From a virus (lineage: Duplodnaviria; Caudoviricetes), in IMG/VR virus record IMGVR_UViG_3300046167_000556, positions 1 through 62,877 of that record: a stretch of DNA of 62,877 nucleotides; one strand, 5' to 3'. A model generated the notes under the pieces. It was given only the letters and a program-made list of their open reading frames with translations, ran no database searches and had not been told where the DNA came from. The position numbers and the translations under genes were made by a program. Below are positions 1-9,746 of the stretch, in pieces. Position 1 is the first letter of the stretch. Each line of letters begins with the position of its first letter.

Positions 1-1
1 T

Positions 2-508
2 ACTAGAAACTCTAAGGTTTATAAAGAACTATCCGGCGGTGAAATGTGTTTGTTACAAAAAGAAGCAGATGAACTGCAATTGTTACGTGACAAGTTAATG
101 TCTAATAAAGTATGTCGAGATCTAATTCAAGATATTGATGTTGAATACGAAGTGCCTGGTGTTTTAGAACTAGGTGGAGAGTGGTGGAAATTAAAGGGTG
201 ATATTAAAAACAATACCCAACAATTAATAGTAGATTTGAAAACTACTTCTAATTTAGATAAGTTTTCTTATTCCGCAAAGGAATACAACTACGATAGCCA
301 AGCTTATATATATTCAAGTTACTTTGGTATGGATATGGTTTTTGTAGCTATAGATAAAACAAGTGGAAATATTGGTATATTCGATTGTTCCGCTCAGTTT
401 TTAGAAAGAGGTAAGGACAAAGTTGAACAAGCTATAGAACAATACAGATTGTTTTATAAAAACGAAGACTTTGATCCAGCTCAATACTTAGTAACAAAAA
501 CATTATAA
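2..508 (+). CDS. PD-(D/E)XK exonuclease (RecE/ExoVIII-like), 5'-partial
   Basis: Frame is open from base 2. Motifs K-x-D...IVDLKTT and Y-x-Y-D-x-Q-A-Y-I-Y. N-terminus probably begins at 62831, next to the ERF recombinase. Confidence 0.8.
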   Translation, partial: TRNSKVYKELSGGEMCLLQKEADELQLLRDKLMSNKVCRDLIQDIDVEYEVPGVLELGGEWWKLKGDIKNNTQQLIVDLKTTSNLDKFSYSAKEYNYDSQAYIYSSYFGMDMVFVAIDKTSGNIGIFDCSAQFLERGKDKVEQAIEQYRLFYKNEDFDPAQYLVTKTL

Positions 509-511
509 TGA

Positions 512-547
512 TTTACAAACTGAATACGAACAACAATCGATAATATT
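512..547 (+). promoter_or_regulatory. Class I (early-type) promoter-like motif copy
   Basis: TTTACAAACTGAATACGAACAACAATCGATAATATT matches the 36-bp consensus; intergenic, upstream of ORF 573. Confidence 0.8.
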
Positions 548-572
548 AATAACAATTAAATTAAATCAAATT

Positions 573-740
573 ATGAGAAAATCAACAAAAAGAACGTGTA
601 GTGTAACAGGATTAAAAACAAACCCTGAAAATTTCTATACAAACCAGACGCATGTAAAAGCTGTAGACAATTTAAGAAGAACTACAGGAGCGACTAAGAA
701 ACAATTAACAAGAATGTTTAATCAATTAACAGCGTACTAA
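573..740 (+). CDS. Small hypothetical protein (55 aa)
   Basis: Manually read ORF MRKSTKRTCSVTGLKT...QLTAY; A-rich leader; directly after a promoter motif. Confidence 0.7.
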   Translation: MRKSTKRTCSVTGLKTNPENFYTNQTHVKAVDNLRRTTGATKKQLTRMFNQLTAY

Positions 741-742
741 TT

Positions 743-1054
743 ATGGCAAGTATTATTAAAGCAAGTATTAATTTAAGTGAAATTCCAAAAGACAAAGTTA
801 TTGTTGGTAAAAAAGGTAAATACCTACCAATCACAATTACTATCAACGATGAAGTAGATCAATTTGGAAATCAAGGTCCAGTTATTGTAGATCAAACTAA
901 AGAAGAAAGAGAAGGTAAAGCGCCTAAAACTTATCTTGGTAATGTAAAAGTAGTATGGACAAACGGTGATAATGTAGCAGCAGCTCCTAGAACTGATCAA
1001 CCTCAGCAAGCAGCTCAATCAATAGCTCCTCAAGCCGATGATCTGCCATTCTAG
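743..1054 (+). CDS. Probable single-stranded DNA-binding protein
   Basis: Beta-rich core, Q/P/A-rich linker and acidic DDLPF C-terminal tip typical of SSBs; sits beside the recombinase and primase-helicase. Confidence 0.7.
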   Translation: MASIIKASINLSEIPKDKVIVGKKGKYLPITITINDEVDQFGNQGPVIVDQTKEEREGKAPKTYLGNVKVVWTNGDNVAAAPRTDQPQQAAQSIAPQADDLPF

Positions 1055-1142
1055 CGATCAATGCGAAATGTGTGGAGAAGTCATGACTAAGTGTGACTTT
1101 GATTATTGCGATATATGTCCCGAGTGCTTAGACGGAGAATAA
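1038..1142 (+). CDS. Cys-rich zinc-ribbon microprotein (34 aa)
   Basis: MICHSSDQCEMCGEVMTKCDFDYCDICPECLDGE with CxxC pairs; fills the gap before the primase. Confidence 0.55.
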   Translation: MICHSSDQCEMCGEVMTKCDFDYCDICPECLDGE

Positions 1143-1161
1143 TTAAATTAAATTAAATTAA

Positions 1162-2871
1162 ATGCAGACAACAGAGATCAATGGATTTGCGATTGAAGAA
1201 TTCAATGTGCATAGCCTTGAAGAAGGGAAGAAGCAGGGTACATGCCCTGTTTGTTCTCATACAAGGAAACCTAAAAATCAAAAAGCAAAATGTGCTTCTT
1301 ATGATTGGGAACGGGGTCTCGGTACTTGTCACAATTGTAATACATCATTTCAACTACATACTTACAAGCGTAAAGGTAAAGCTGAAAAAGTATATGTTAA
1401 GCCTGAACCTTACAAGTTTGAAGAACCAGGTACGAAAGTTGAAGATTGGTTTAGTACAAGAGGTATTTCCAAACAGACTCTTAGTGATTTAAAAGTCACT
1501 GAGGGTCCTGAATGGATGCCACAAACACAAAAGACCGAGAATGTAATAAAGTTCAACTATTTTATGGGCGGTGAATTAACTAATGTTAAATACCGAGATG
1601 GAAGAAAGAACTTTAAATTATTTAAAGGTGCTGAGAAAGTATTCTACAATATAGATAGTATAGTTGGTTTTGAATATTGTGTTATCGTTGAAGGAGAAAT
1701 GGATGTGCTTGCACTACACGAAGCTGGAATAACAAATGCAATATCAGTACCAAATGGAGCGACGCTTAACTCTAACAATCTAGATTACTTAGATAGTTGT
1801 ATCGATTACTTTGAAGATAAAGAAAAGATTATACTAGCTGTTGATTCAGATGAAGCAGGACAAGCATTACAAACAGAGTTAATAAGAAGACTAGGGTCTG
1901 AAGTTTGTTTTATAACAACTTTTGAAGACTGTAAAGACGCAAACGAATACTTACAAAAATATGGATCAGATAAGCTTACAGCAAGAATTACAGGAGCAAA
2001 GCCGGTACCGCTCGAAAATGTTACTACTTTCAGAGACATCGAAGATGAAATTACGGATTTTGTTCGTAATGGCTTTAAGAAAGGATTTCAAGTCGGGCTT
2101 AGTAATTTTGATGAAATATTTTCAACTTATACCGGTCAATTTATTACTGTCACTGGTATACCTTCTTCCGGTAAGAGTGATTTTGTCGATCAAATGGTTG
2201 TCGGCTATAATGCGAACTATGGTTGGAAAACAGCTTTTGCTTCGCCAGAAAATGTACCAACGTATCTTCACGCTCATAAATTAATGCGTAAGACTTGGCA
2301 AGGTATGCCTTCTAAAGAAGATATTGGTGGTGATAGATGGAATCAAATAGCGGATCATTGTAATAGCAATTACTTTCACATTGATATGGAACGTTATACT
2401 TTAGAATCTGTGTTAAAGAAAGCAGCAGAGTTAGTTAAACGTAAAGGTATTAAATGCCTAGTTATTGATCCATTTAATAAAGTTAGAGACGTAGATTGTA
2501 AGACTGAAGACGTTAATAGATATACTATGGAGTACTTAAGCAAGATTGAAATCTTTGCTAAGAAGTATGATGTACTAGTATTTATTGTTGCTCACCCAAC
2601 TAAAATGTATAAAGACAAAGATGGTAAGATTGAAGAACCAACTATGTATAACATTAAAGGTGGTGGTGAATGGTACGATGCTTCTTATCACGGGTTATTA
2701 GTTCATAGAGATTATGAAAATAAAACTGTTAAGTGTAAAGTTCTTAAAGTTAAGTTTCAAAACTTAGGTGAAAATGGAGCTGAAGCTCATTTCAAATGGG
2801 AACCAAAGTCAGGTTGCTTTTTACCTCACGAACCTGTTAACTTAGATGGAGAACCAATGCCATGGGAGTAA
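1162..2871 (+). CDS. Primase-helicase (T7 gp4/Twinkle-like)
   Basis: Zn finger CPVC...CHNC, TOPRIM EGEMD and DSDEAG, Walker A GIPSSGKS, Walker B LVIDP, VAHP. Confidence 0.95.
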   Translation: MQTTEINGFAIEEFNVHSLEEGKKQGTCPVCSHTRKPKNQKAKCASYDWERGLGTCHNCNTSFQLHTYKRKGKAEKVYVKPEPYKFEEPGTKVEDWFSTRGISKQTLSDLKVTEGPEWMPQTQKTENVIKFNYFMGGELTNVKYRDGRKNFKLFKGAEKVFYNIDSIVGFEYCVIVEGEMDVLALHEAGITNAISVPNGATLNSNNLDYLDSCIDYFEDKEKIILAVDSDEAGQALQTELIRRLGSEVCFITTFEDCKDANEYLQKYGSDKLTARITGAKPVPLENVTTFRDIEDEITDFVRNGFKKGFQVGLSNFDEIFSTYTGQFITVTGIPSSGKSDFVDQMVVGYNANYGWKTAFASPENVPTYLHAHKLMRKTWQGMPSKEDIGGDRWNQIADHCNSNYFHIDMERYTLESVLKKAAELVKRKGIKCLVIDPFNKVRDVDCKTEDVNRYTMEYLSKIEIFAKKYDVLVFIVAHPTKMYKDKDGKIEEPTMYNIKGGGEWYDASYHGLLVHRDYENKTVKCKVLKVKFQNLGENGAEAHFKWEPKSGCFLPHEPVNLDGEPMPWE

Positions 2872-3110
2872 AAAAGAAACGTTGCGATATGGGTAAAGTT
2901 CCATTTGATGAAAATCTTTGGAAAGCTTATCGTTGGTGTATTAGAAACAATATAGCAATAGGGCCAAAATCACGTAACGATACAGCTTGGTATATAACTA
3001 TTGAAATCAATAATAAAGTTAATACTACACCTGTTACTTATGGCAAAACAGAAATATGGACAAAAATATTTGAATACGCAAAATACTATTATGATAAACA
3101 TAGAAAATGA
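2862..3110 (+). CDS. Hypothetical protein
   Basis: ORF overlaps both neighbours in an operon-like arrangement. Confidence 0.65.
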   Translation: MGVKKKRCDMGKVPFDENLWKAYRWCIRNNIAIGPKSRNDTAWYITIEINNKVNTTPVTYGKTEIWTKIFEYAKYYYDKHRK

Positions 3111-3927
3111 ATACAAAGAACTCATTGACGAGATTCTCAGAAGAGGATTGGATAAAGCAGATAGAACAGGAACTGGGACGAAGTCTGTCTTTGGCAGAAC
3201 GATTAGACACGATATGTCTTTGGGGTTCCCTATTCTTACAGGAAAAAAAATAAGCTTTAATGCCGCGAGAACTGAATTGCTTTGGATATTACAAGGTAGA
3301 ACTGATTTAAAATACTTAGAAGATAATGGTGTTAAGTATTGGCGACCAGACTATGAACGTTCAGGTAGAACTGATGAAACATTAGGTCCTGTGTATGGAA
3401 AACAATGGCGCGATTTTAACGGCGTAGATCAGCTTAAAAATCTTGTGTATAGCATCAATACTAATCCAGACTCTAGACGTCTTATGGTTAGCGCGTGGGC
3501 TCCTCATGAGATGAAAGATATGGCTTTGCCTCCTTGTCATTACGCTTTTCAAGTTTATATTAACAACGGCGTTATGGATTTGATGTGGCAACAACGTTCG
3601 GCTGATGTGTTTTTAGGTTTACCTTACGATATTACAATGTATGGTTTGTTATTGGAAATGCTAGCTAAAGGCGCTGGTTTAAAAGCTGGACAATTAGTAG
3701 GGCAACTCGGTGATTGTCATTTGTATAATAACCATTTAGATCAAGCTAAACTATATTTTGATAGACCAAAGCGAGCATTGCCTAATGTAACATTGGAAGA
3801 AGGTATTAGAGTATCTAAAAAGATGGATGCTTATGGTAAGTTAATAATTCCAGAAAAAAGTGAAATTAAATTAAATAACTACAATCCTTTACCTGCTATA
3901 AAAGCAGAACTAAGTGTTGGTAAATAA
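3091..3927 (+). CDS. thyA: Thymidylate synthase
   Basis: DRTGTGT, LGPVYGKQWR, ALPPCH, QRSADVFLGLP, GDCHLY. Likely start is the ATG at 3091. Confidence 0.97.
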   Translation: MINIENEYKELIDEILRRGLDKADRTGTGTKSVFGRTIRHDMSLGFPILTGKKISFNAARTELLWILQGRTDLKYLEDNGVKYWRPDYERSGRTDETLGPVYGKQWRDFNGVDQLKNLVYSINTNPDSRRLMVSAWAPHEMKDMALPPCHYAFQVYINNGVMDLMWQQRSADVFLGLPYDITMYGLLLEMLAKGAGLKAGQLVGQLGDCHLYNNHLDQAKLYFDRPKRALPNVTLEEGIRVSKKMDAYGKLIIPEKSEIKLNNYNPLPAIKAELSVGK

Positions 3928-3935
3928 AAACAAAT

Positions 3936-4694
3936 ATGTATACAATCTACCACATTCCTGGTAAGAAAATTGGTGTTACACGTAATATTAATAAAAGAGT
4001 TACGGAGCAACAAGGCTATGCACCAGACGAATACGAGGTTCTACTTACTAGCGATGACATTAATTATGTGTCTGACATGGAAATAGAACTTCAAAAGTCT
4101 TACGGCTATAAAGTCGACAGACAATCTTATAAAAATTTAATTAATAAAAACAATAAAATGAAAATTAACGCTACAGAGCAGACCTCAACATTTCCGTGTC
4201 CATTAAATAAGCTGAAAGGCAGATTAATGGACAATTTAGACTTAAGCTGGGAAACATCACACGGTAATTTTAAAATTACTAAAAAAACTATACAGTGGAT
4301 ATTGTCTAACGCTAGAACGTCTATGTACGATGCTAACCGATGTTATGTATATAACAAAGCTTTTGCTAATTCATTTTCTGATTTACCAGCTGATGCAGCA
4401 TCTAGATTTGAATTAATAAGACAGTGGGCTCACGTTAGAGGTATATATGACAAAGGTGATTCTAATACTCAATATGTTAAACTAATGGAAGAAGCTGGAG
4501 AACTAGCTAAAGCATTACTTAATAAAGATAAACCAGAAGTTATCGATGCTATTGGTGATATGATAGTTGTATTAACAAACTTAGCTGCTTTAGAAAATCT
4601 TAATGTAGAAGACTGTATTGATTCAGCTTACAAAGTAATAGCACAGCGTAAAGGTAAAATGATTAACGGAACGTTTGTAAAACAAACATTATAA
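3936..4694 (+). CDS. MazG-like NTP pyrophosphohydrolase with N-terminal extension
   Basis: C-terminal KLMEEAGELA...DAIGD...RKG. N-terminal YTIYHIPGKKIGVT resembles a GIY-YIG-type fold. Confidence 0.8.
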   Translation: MYTIYHIPGKKIGVTRNINKRVTEQQGYAPDEYEVLLTSDDINYVSDMEIELQKSYGYKVDRQSYKNLINKNNKMKINATEQTSTFPCPLNKLKGRLMDNLDLSWETSHGNFKITKKTIQWILSNARTSMYDANRCYVYNKAFANSFSDLPADAASRFELIRQWAHVRGIYDKGDSNTQYVKLMEEAGELAKALLNKDKPEVIDAIGDMIVVLTNLAALENLNVEDCIDSAYKVIAQRKGKMINGTFVKQTL

Positions 4695-4791
4695 TGTGCA
4701 TAAAAACACACGTTAAATACAAAAACCGTGTATAACGCATATAAAAACGTACATAAACCTAATAAACGCATAAATTAATATACAAATCATA

Positions 4792-5166
4792 ATGAATAAA
4801 AAACAAATAGAATTTAGAGACCCAGTTGTTGAACGCGTTGTTGACAAGTTTGTATCAAGATCTGATGTAGGCTTTGCTAAGTACGGCGTAACACTTCAAG
4901 ACGATCCATCAAGAATGTTTGAATGGCTTAATCATTTGCAAGAAGAGCTTATGGATGCTGTATTATATTTACAAAAAGCTAAAGAAACTTATACAGACGA
5001 CATGCAAGATAAAATGATAGAAGATATGGATCCTTATAAGATTTCAAACTATGTAAAAATGTCAGAAAGAGATATTGAAGTTATTGCAGAAGAAATTAAA
5101 AGCCCAGGTAATCCTGCTAAAGCTTTGGTAGATGCTACTGAAGAGTATAAAGAAATACTAAAGTAA
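4792..5166 (+). CDS. All-alpha NTP-PPase-like protein
   Basis: GFAKYGVTL...WLNHLQEELMDAVLY motif. Confidence 0.6.
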   Translation: MNKKQIEFRDPVVERVVDKFVSRSDVGFAKYGVTLQDDPSRMFEWLNHLQEELMDAVLYLQKAKETYTDDMQDKMIEDMDPYKISNYVKMSERDIEVIAEEIKSPGNPAKALVDATEEYKEILK

Positions 5167-5625
5167 ATGAAAAAACAATTTAAAAGAAGAAGCGGCAAGC
5201 GCGGACCAGTGAGAGCGAAGAAGGTATCATATGATGGTATCGACTTTGCTTCCGGGCTGGAAAAGTATATGTATATAGCTTTAAGAAAAGCTAAAATAAA
5301 AACCAAGTACGAAGGAGAAACTTTTGTTCTGCTATCTGGTTTCCATTTTGAAAACGAAGTTTATGAAAGACAAGCTAATGGTAAAGGTGATTACAAAAAT
5401 AGAGGTTGTAAAAGAATACTACCTATTAAATATACACCCGATTTTATTGGTGATGATTTCATAATTGAAACTAAAGGTAGAGCAAATGAATCATTCCCGA
5501 TGCGATGGAAAATGTTTAAGCTATTAGTATCTAAACAATTTCCTGGACACACATTATACAAACCTCAAAACCAAAAAGAATGCGACGAAACGGTACGGTT
5601 AATCCTAGAGAAGCAAAAAGGATAG
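5167..5625 (+). CDS. Endonuclease I-like Holliday junction resolvase
   Basis: FASGLE, YTPDF and IIETKG motifs of the T7 gp3 family. Confidence 0.85.
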   Translation: MKKQFKRRSGKRGPVRAKKVSYDGIDFASGLEKYMYIALRKAKIKTKYEGETFVLLSGFHFENEVYERQANGKGDYKNRGCKRILPIKYTPDFIGDDFIIETKGRANESFPMRWKMFKLLVSKQFPGHTLYKPQNQKECDETVRLILEKQKG

Positions 5626-5746
5626 CTAAACAAAAATACGCTGAGCGGCAAATTGATAAGTTTGTTAAATGGAGTTGGGAAATTAAAGGTAAAGTTAAAT
5701 ACAAAGATATAAAAGCAACTACAAACTAAATACGATATACAGTGTT

Positions 5747-5902
5747 ATGGACAAACAAGACGAGAATAAAAAAGCATGGGCAATAGAAATCGGTATGTAT
5801 CCCGGTGTATTGTTCGGTGTTAGGACCTATAAGCAAGAAGATAGAAATATCCATGTGCTTTACTTACCATTTATAGATATAGCTTTTTATATTTATGGAT
5901 GA
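5747..5902 (+). CDS. Hypothetical protein (51 aa)
   Basis: Manually read ORF MDKQDENKKAWAIEIGMYPGVLFG... Confidence 0.6.
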   Translation: MDKQDENKKAWAIEIGMYPGVLFGVRTYKQEDRNIHVLYLPFIDIAFYIYG

Positions 5903-6059
5903 CGAAGTTAAAATGAAGTTTGAGGTCATAAATTTATTTTTAGATAATGTATTATCAGAAATAAAACAAGTGTCCTTAAAGACTTCTAAAAAAGATATGG
6001 TAGCTTATATAAGCGCCTGGGAAAATGAATTATCAACTATTAAATTTATGATACAGTAA
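5895..6059 (+). CDS. Hypothetical protein (54 aa)
   Basis: Manually read ORF MDDEVKMKFEV...; stops immediately before nrdB. Confidence 0.55.
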   Translation: MDDEVKMKFEVINLFLDNVLSEIKQVSLKTSKKDMVAYISAWENELSTIKFMIQ

Positions 6060-6060
6060 T

Positions 6061-7029
6061 ATGGGATTATTCGATGAAAGAATAGCATATAAACCTTTTG
6101 AGTACCCTGAGTACTACACAGAAGGCTGGTTAAAACAAGCTCAAGCATTTTGGTTACACACAGAAATCTCAATGCAAGGCGATATTAAAGATTGGAAAGA
6201 AAAATTAGATGAAAAAGAAAAAAACCTTGTTGGGAACATACTTCTTGGATTCGCGCAAACCGAATGTGCCGTTTCAGATTACTGGACCCAGAACGTCGTA
6301 TCGTGGTTTCCTAAACACGAAATACAACAAATGGCAATGATGTTTGGTTCGCAAGAAACAATACATGCGGTTGCATATAGTTATTTAAATGAAACATTAA
6401 AACTAGAAGATTATGAAGCGTTTTTACATGAGCCTGCTACAGCGGAAAGATTTGATAATCTTGTATCTTATACTGGCAACAGTAGAACTGGTATCGCTAA
6501 GTCTCTTGCTGTTTTTTCTGCATTTGCCGAAGGGGTTTCTTTATATTCTGCTTTTGCGGTACTTTATTCTTTTCAGCTTAGAAACCTGCTTAAAGGTATT
6601 GGGCAACAAATGAAGTGGTCAGTAAGAGATGAATCTTTACACAGTAAAATGGGTTGTCAATTATTTCGTCATATGTGCGAAGAAGATGATCAACTACTGC
6701 ATTTATGTCGAGAAGATATAATAAAAGCTGCAGAAACAATGGTTTCCTTAGAAACAAATTATATTAACAAAATGTTTGAGATGGGTGATGTAGAAGGAAT
6801 ATCAGCCAATGATCTAAAGCATTTTATAAAAAAGAGAACAAATGAAAAACTTGTGGAACTCGGTTACGTCGACCTTGGAAATTATTTCGCTTATGACGAG
6901 AAGGCAGCAGCTAATCTTGATTGGTTCTATCATCTTACCGGCGGGGTCACTCATACTGATTTTTTTGCACTTAGGCCAACGGATTATTCGAAAGCTAGCG
7001 AGGGAGAGAACTTTGAAGATATTTGGTAA
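6061..7029 (+). CDS. nrdB: Ribonucleotide reductase class I beta subunit
   Basis: Di-metal ligands in QTECAV, QETIHAVAY (includes the radical Tyr), AEGVSLYSAF and RDESLH. Confidence 0.95.
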   Translation: MGLFDERIAYKPFEYPEYYTEGWLKQAQAFWLHTEISMQGDIKDWKEKLDEKEKNLVGNILLGFAQTECAVSDYWTQNVVSWFPKHEIQQMAMMFGSQETIHAVAYSYLNETLKLEDYEAFLHEPATAERFDNLVSYTGNSRTGIAKSLAVFSAFAEGVSLYSAFAVLYSFQLRNLLKGIGQQMKWSVRDESLHSKMGCQLFRHMCEEDDQLLHLCREDIIKAAETMVSLETNYINKMFEMGDVEGISANDLKHFIKKRTNEKLVELGYVDLGNYFAYDEKAAANLDWFYHLTGGVTHTDFFALRPTDYSKASEGENFEDIW

Positions 7030-7603
7030 ATGATTTATGTAAAAGATAATTTTTTACCATCTAATGTTTTTCAATCTTTATTAAGTTATAGCAATAATTT
7101 TAAAGAAGTTAAAACGCCGGGTAAATCTTTTTGGGTGAAAGAATTACCTGGTGATTTAACAAAACACATAACAGACAAGCTAGAGCTTATTGAAGGTAAA
7201 AAAATTAAAAATATATTGTCATTTTTAAGAGAAGCTAAAGAAACGCAAGACACTGATTGGCGTATACATAATGATTCTATAATAGAAGGCGAACAGCCTG
7301 ATAGAGCAATCGTTTTGTATGTAAAAAGCAATGAAGCTAAACTTAATGGAACTGCTTTTTGGGAAACATAAGGATTATAAATTTAATTATACAAAATCCA
7401 GTAACGAGGAGTTTAATCGTATGTTAACAGAAGATTCCAATGATGTAACAAAATGGAAGTTAAATTCAGTTATAGGGCACAGAGATAATAGGTTATTGTC
7501 ATACCCGTCAGAATACTTTCATAGTAAATACCCAAATAAGTTTAAAAATCAAAGAGTAGTATTAATAATGTTTTACAAATATGAACGGACAAAAACAGAG
7601 TAG
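7030..7603 (+). CDS. 2OG-Fe(II) oxygenase-like protein (frameshift at ~7364)
   Basis: IHND (HxD), GTAFW, NRLLSY, FHS...R. Removing one A from GGGAAAC joins the two ORFs. Confidence 0.75.
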
Positions 7604-7821
7604 AGTAGATAACTTAGAGAAAACGTATGGCTGCAACAACTAACGTTATTCAGCAAGTGATAAATGAATTATCTTATTTAAAAGACCTATCAATAGGTAC
7701 ATTAGAAACAATTAAAAACATGGAAAGTTATGAGCAAGCTATCGAAAAACTTAAAGAAAAAGTGGTTGCAGAATCTGGTAAGGCAGAAGAGGCTGACGCC
7801 AGTGGAAAGACTTTCGAGTAG
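7580..7821 (+). CDS. Hypothetical coiled-coil protein (probable frameshift near 5' end)
   Basis: ATG at 7580 followed by ORF 7627-7821. Confidence 0.5.
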
Positions 7822-8008
7822 ACTAGGATATATGGGGACTTCATTTATGATGATGAGTCCTCATTTACTACCCGATAAAACAGGTATGATTACTTACATA
7901 ATAGCAGGTGTAATATCAATACCCCAAGTGTTTGTGGCTAAACAATGGAATTTAGTCGCAGTTAATTTAAACGTAGCAATAGCTTACATAATACTATATT
8001 TAACATAA
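7730..8008 (+). CDS. Small membrane protein
   Basis: About three hydrophobic segments; abuts the nrdA start. Confidence 0.6.
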   Translation: MSKLSKNLKKKWLQNLVRQKRLTPVERLSSRLGYMGTSFMMMSPHLLPDKTGMITYIIAGVISIPQVFVAKQWNLVAVNLNVAIAYIILYLT

Positions 8009-9730
8009 ATGAGTTGGAATGAAAATTGGATCAAAGGAGAAGATTACCCTACGTGGGGTGATACAGACGTATACAAGAAGACAATATCCGGGGGATATTT
8101 ATATAACGGAGAAACGCCTAAAGAAGCATACTATAGGGTCGCTAATGCAGTTGCTAGGCGATTGGATAAACCGGAAATGGCCGAAACGTTTTTTAATTAT
8201 ATTTGGAACGGTTGGCTATGTCTTGCTAGTCCGGTTCTTAGTAACACAGGGACCGATCGTGGCTTACCTATTAGCTGCTTCGGTATTGATGTCGCTGATA
8301 GCATACAAGATATCGGTCAAAAAAATCTAGAAATGATGCTACTCGCTAAGCACGGCGGTGGAGTTGGCGTTGGTATAAATCAAATTAGACCCGCTGGCAC
8401 TAAAATTACAGGTAATGGAACATCAGACGGAGTTGTCCCTTTTTGCAAAATCTATGATAGCACAATACTCGCGACTAATCAAGGATCAGTCAGACGAGGA
8501 GCTGCATCGGTTAACATCAACATTGAACACGATGACTTTGAAGAGTGGCTTGAAATTAGAGAACCTAAAGGAGATGTCAACAGACAATCGCTTAATTTAC
8601 ATCAGTGTGCAGTTGTGGGTGATAAGTTTATGCGACGCCTTGAACAAGGAGATAAGGATGCTCGATCTAGATGGAGTAAACTTCTTAGAAAACGAAAAGC
8701 AACTGGAGAACCGTATATTATGTTTAAAGGGAATGTTAACAAGGCAAATCCAAAAGCATATAAAGAAAACGGATTAAAAGTACATATGACTAATATATGT
8801 AGCGAAATAGCATTACACACCGATGAGACACACAGTTTTGTATGTTGTTTATCATCATTAAATTTAGCAAAGTATGAAGAATGGAAAGACACTAACCTTA
8901 TATATGACTCTATTTACTTTCTTGACGGAGTTATGGAAGAATTTATTCAGAGAGCAAAAGGTTTACGGGGATTTGAGAATAGTATTAGGTCCGCGCAAAA
9001 AGGACGGGCTTTGGGTCTGGGAGTCCTCGGATGGCATACATATCTCCAGGACAGAGGTATTCCTTTCGAAGGTTTACTTTCTCAGTTTGCGACTAGGAAA
9101 ATATTTTCGCAAATTAAAATCGAGAGTGAAAGGGCTTCTATGGCTCTTGCTGAAGATTACGGCGAGCCTCTTTGGTGTGCTGGTACTGGTATGCGTAATA
9201 CTCATTTGCGGGCTGTTGCTCCCACTGTATCTAATAGTAAGCTTAGTGGGAACGTCTCACCAGGAATAGAGCCTTGGGCTGCTAATGTTTTTACTGAGCA
9301 AGGAGCTAATGGTACTTTTATTAGGAAAAATCCTACGCTTGAAAGAGTTTTAGAAGAGCTAAACTTAAATAATTCTAAAGTCTGGAATAAAATATTAAGC
9401 GATGGAGGATCAGTGCAAGATGTTAAGGAACTAGATGGTTTATTAAATGGTGAAGATGTGCTTGTTAAAGACGTTTTTAAGACGTTTAAGGAGATCAATC
9501 AACTAGAGTTAGTTAATCAGGCTGGAATACGCCAACAGTACATAGATCAAGCTGTAAGCTTAAACTTAGCTTTCCCATCTGAAGCTACTCCAAAGTGGTT
9601 GAACAAAGTTCATTTCGATGCTTGGAAAAAAGGTGTTAAGACTTTATATTACACTAGAACTGAAAGTGTTTTACGTGGAGATATTGCAGCTAACGCTATG
9701 AATGAAGATTGTTTAGCGTGTGATGGATAA
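8009..9730 (+). CDS. nrdA: Ribonucleotide reductase class I alpha subunit (no ATP cone)
   Basis: ISCF, GGGVG, TNICSEI, CCLSS, VAPT, KTLYY and C-terminal CLAC. Confidence 0.97.
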   Translation: MSWNENWIKGEDYPTWGDTDVYKKTISGGYLYNGETPKEAYYRVANAVARRLDKPEMAETFFNYIWNGWLCLASPVLSNTGTDRGLPISCFGIDVADSIQDIGQKNLEMMLLAKHGGGVGVGINQIRPAGTKITGNGTSDGVVPFCKIYDSTILATNQGSVRRGAASVNINIEHDDFEEWLEIREPKGDVNRQSLNLHQCAVVGDKFMRRLEQGDKDARSRWSKLLRKRKATGEPYIMFKGNVNKANPKAYKENGLKVHMTNICSEIALHTDETHSFVCCLSSLNLAKYEEWKDTNLIYDSIYFLDGVMEEFIQRAKGLRGFENSIRSAQKGRALGLGVLGWHTYLQDRGIPFEGLLSQFATRKIFSQIKIESERASMALAEDYGEPLWCAGTGMRNTHLRAVAPTVSNSKLSGNVSPGIEPWAANVFTEQGANGTFIRKNPTLERVLEELNLNNSKVWNKILSDGGSVQDVKELDGLLNGEDVLVKDVFKTFKEINQLELVNQAGIRQQYIDQAVSLNLAFPSEATPKWLNKVHFDAWKKGVKTLYYTRTESVLRGDIAANAMNEDCLACDG

Positions 9731-9746
9731 TATGCTATACATAATT

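Noticed and set aside
1141-1161. AATTA tandem repeats before start codons (also ~555 and ~38520)
   Set aside because: Consistent with ordinary A/T-rich translation-initiation leaders of Bacteroidota.
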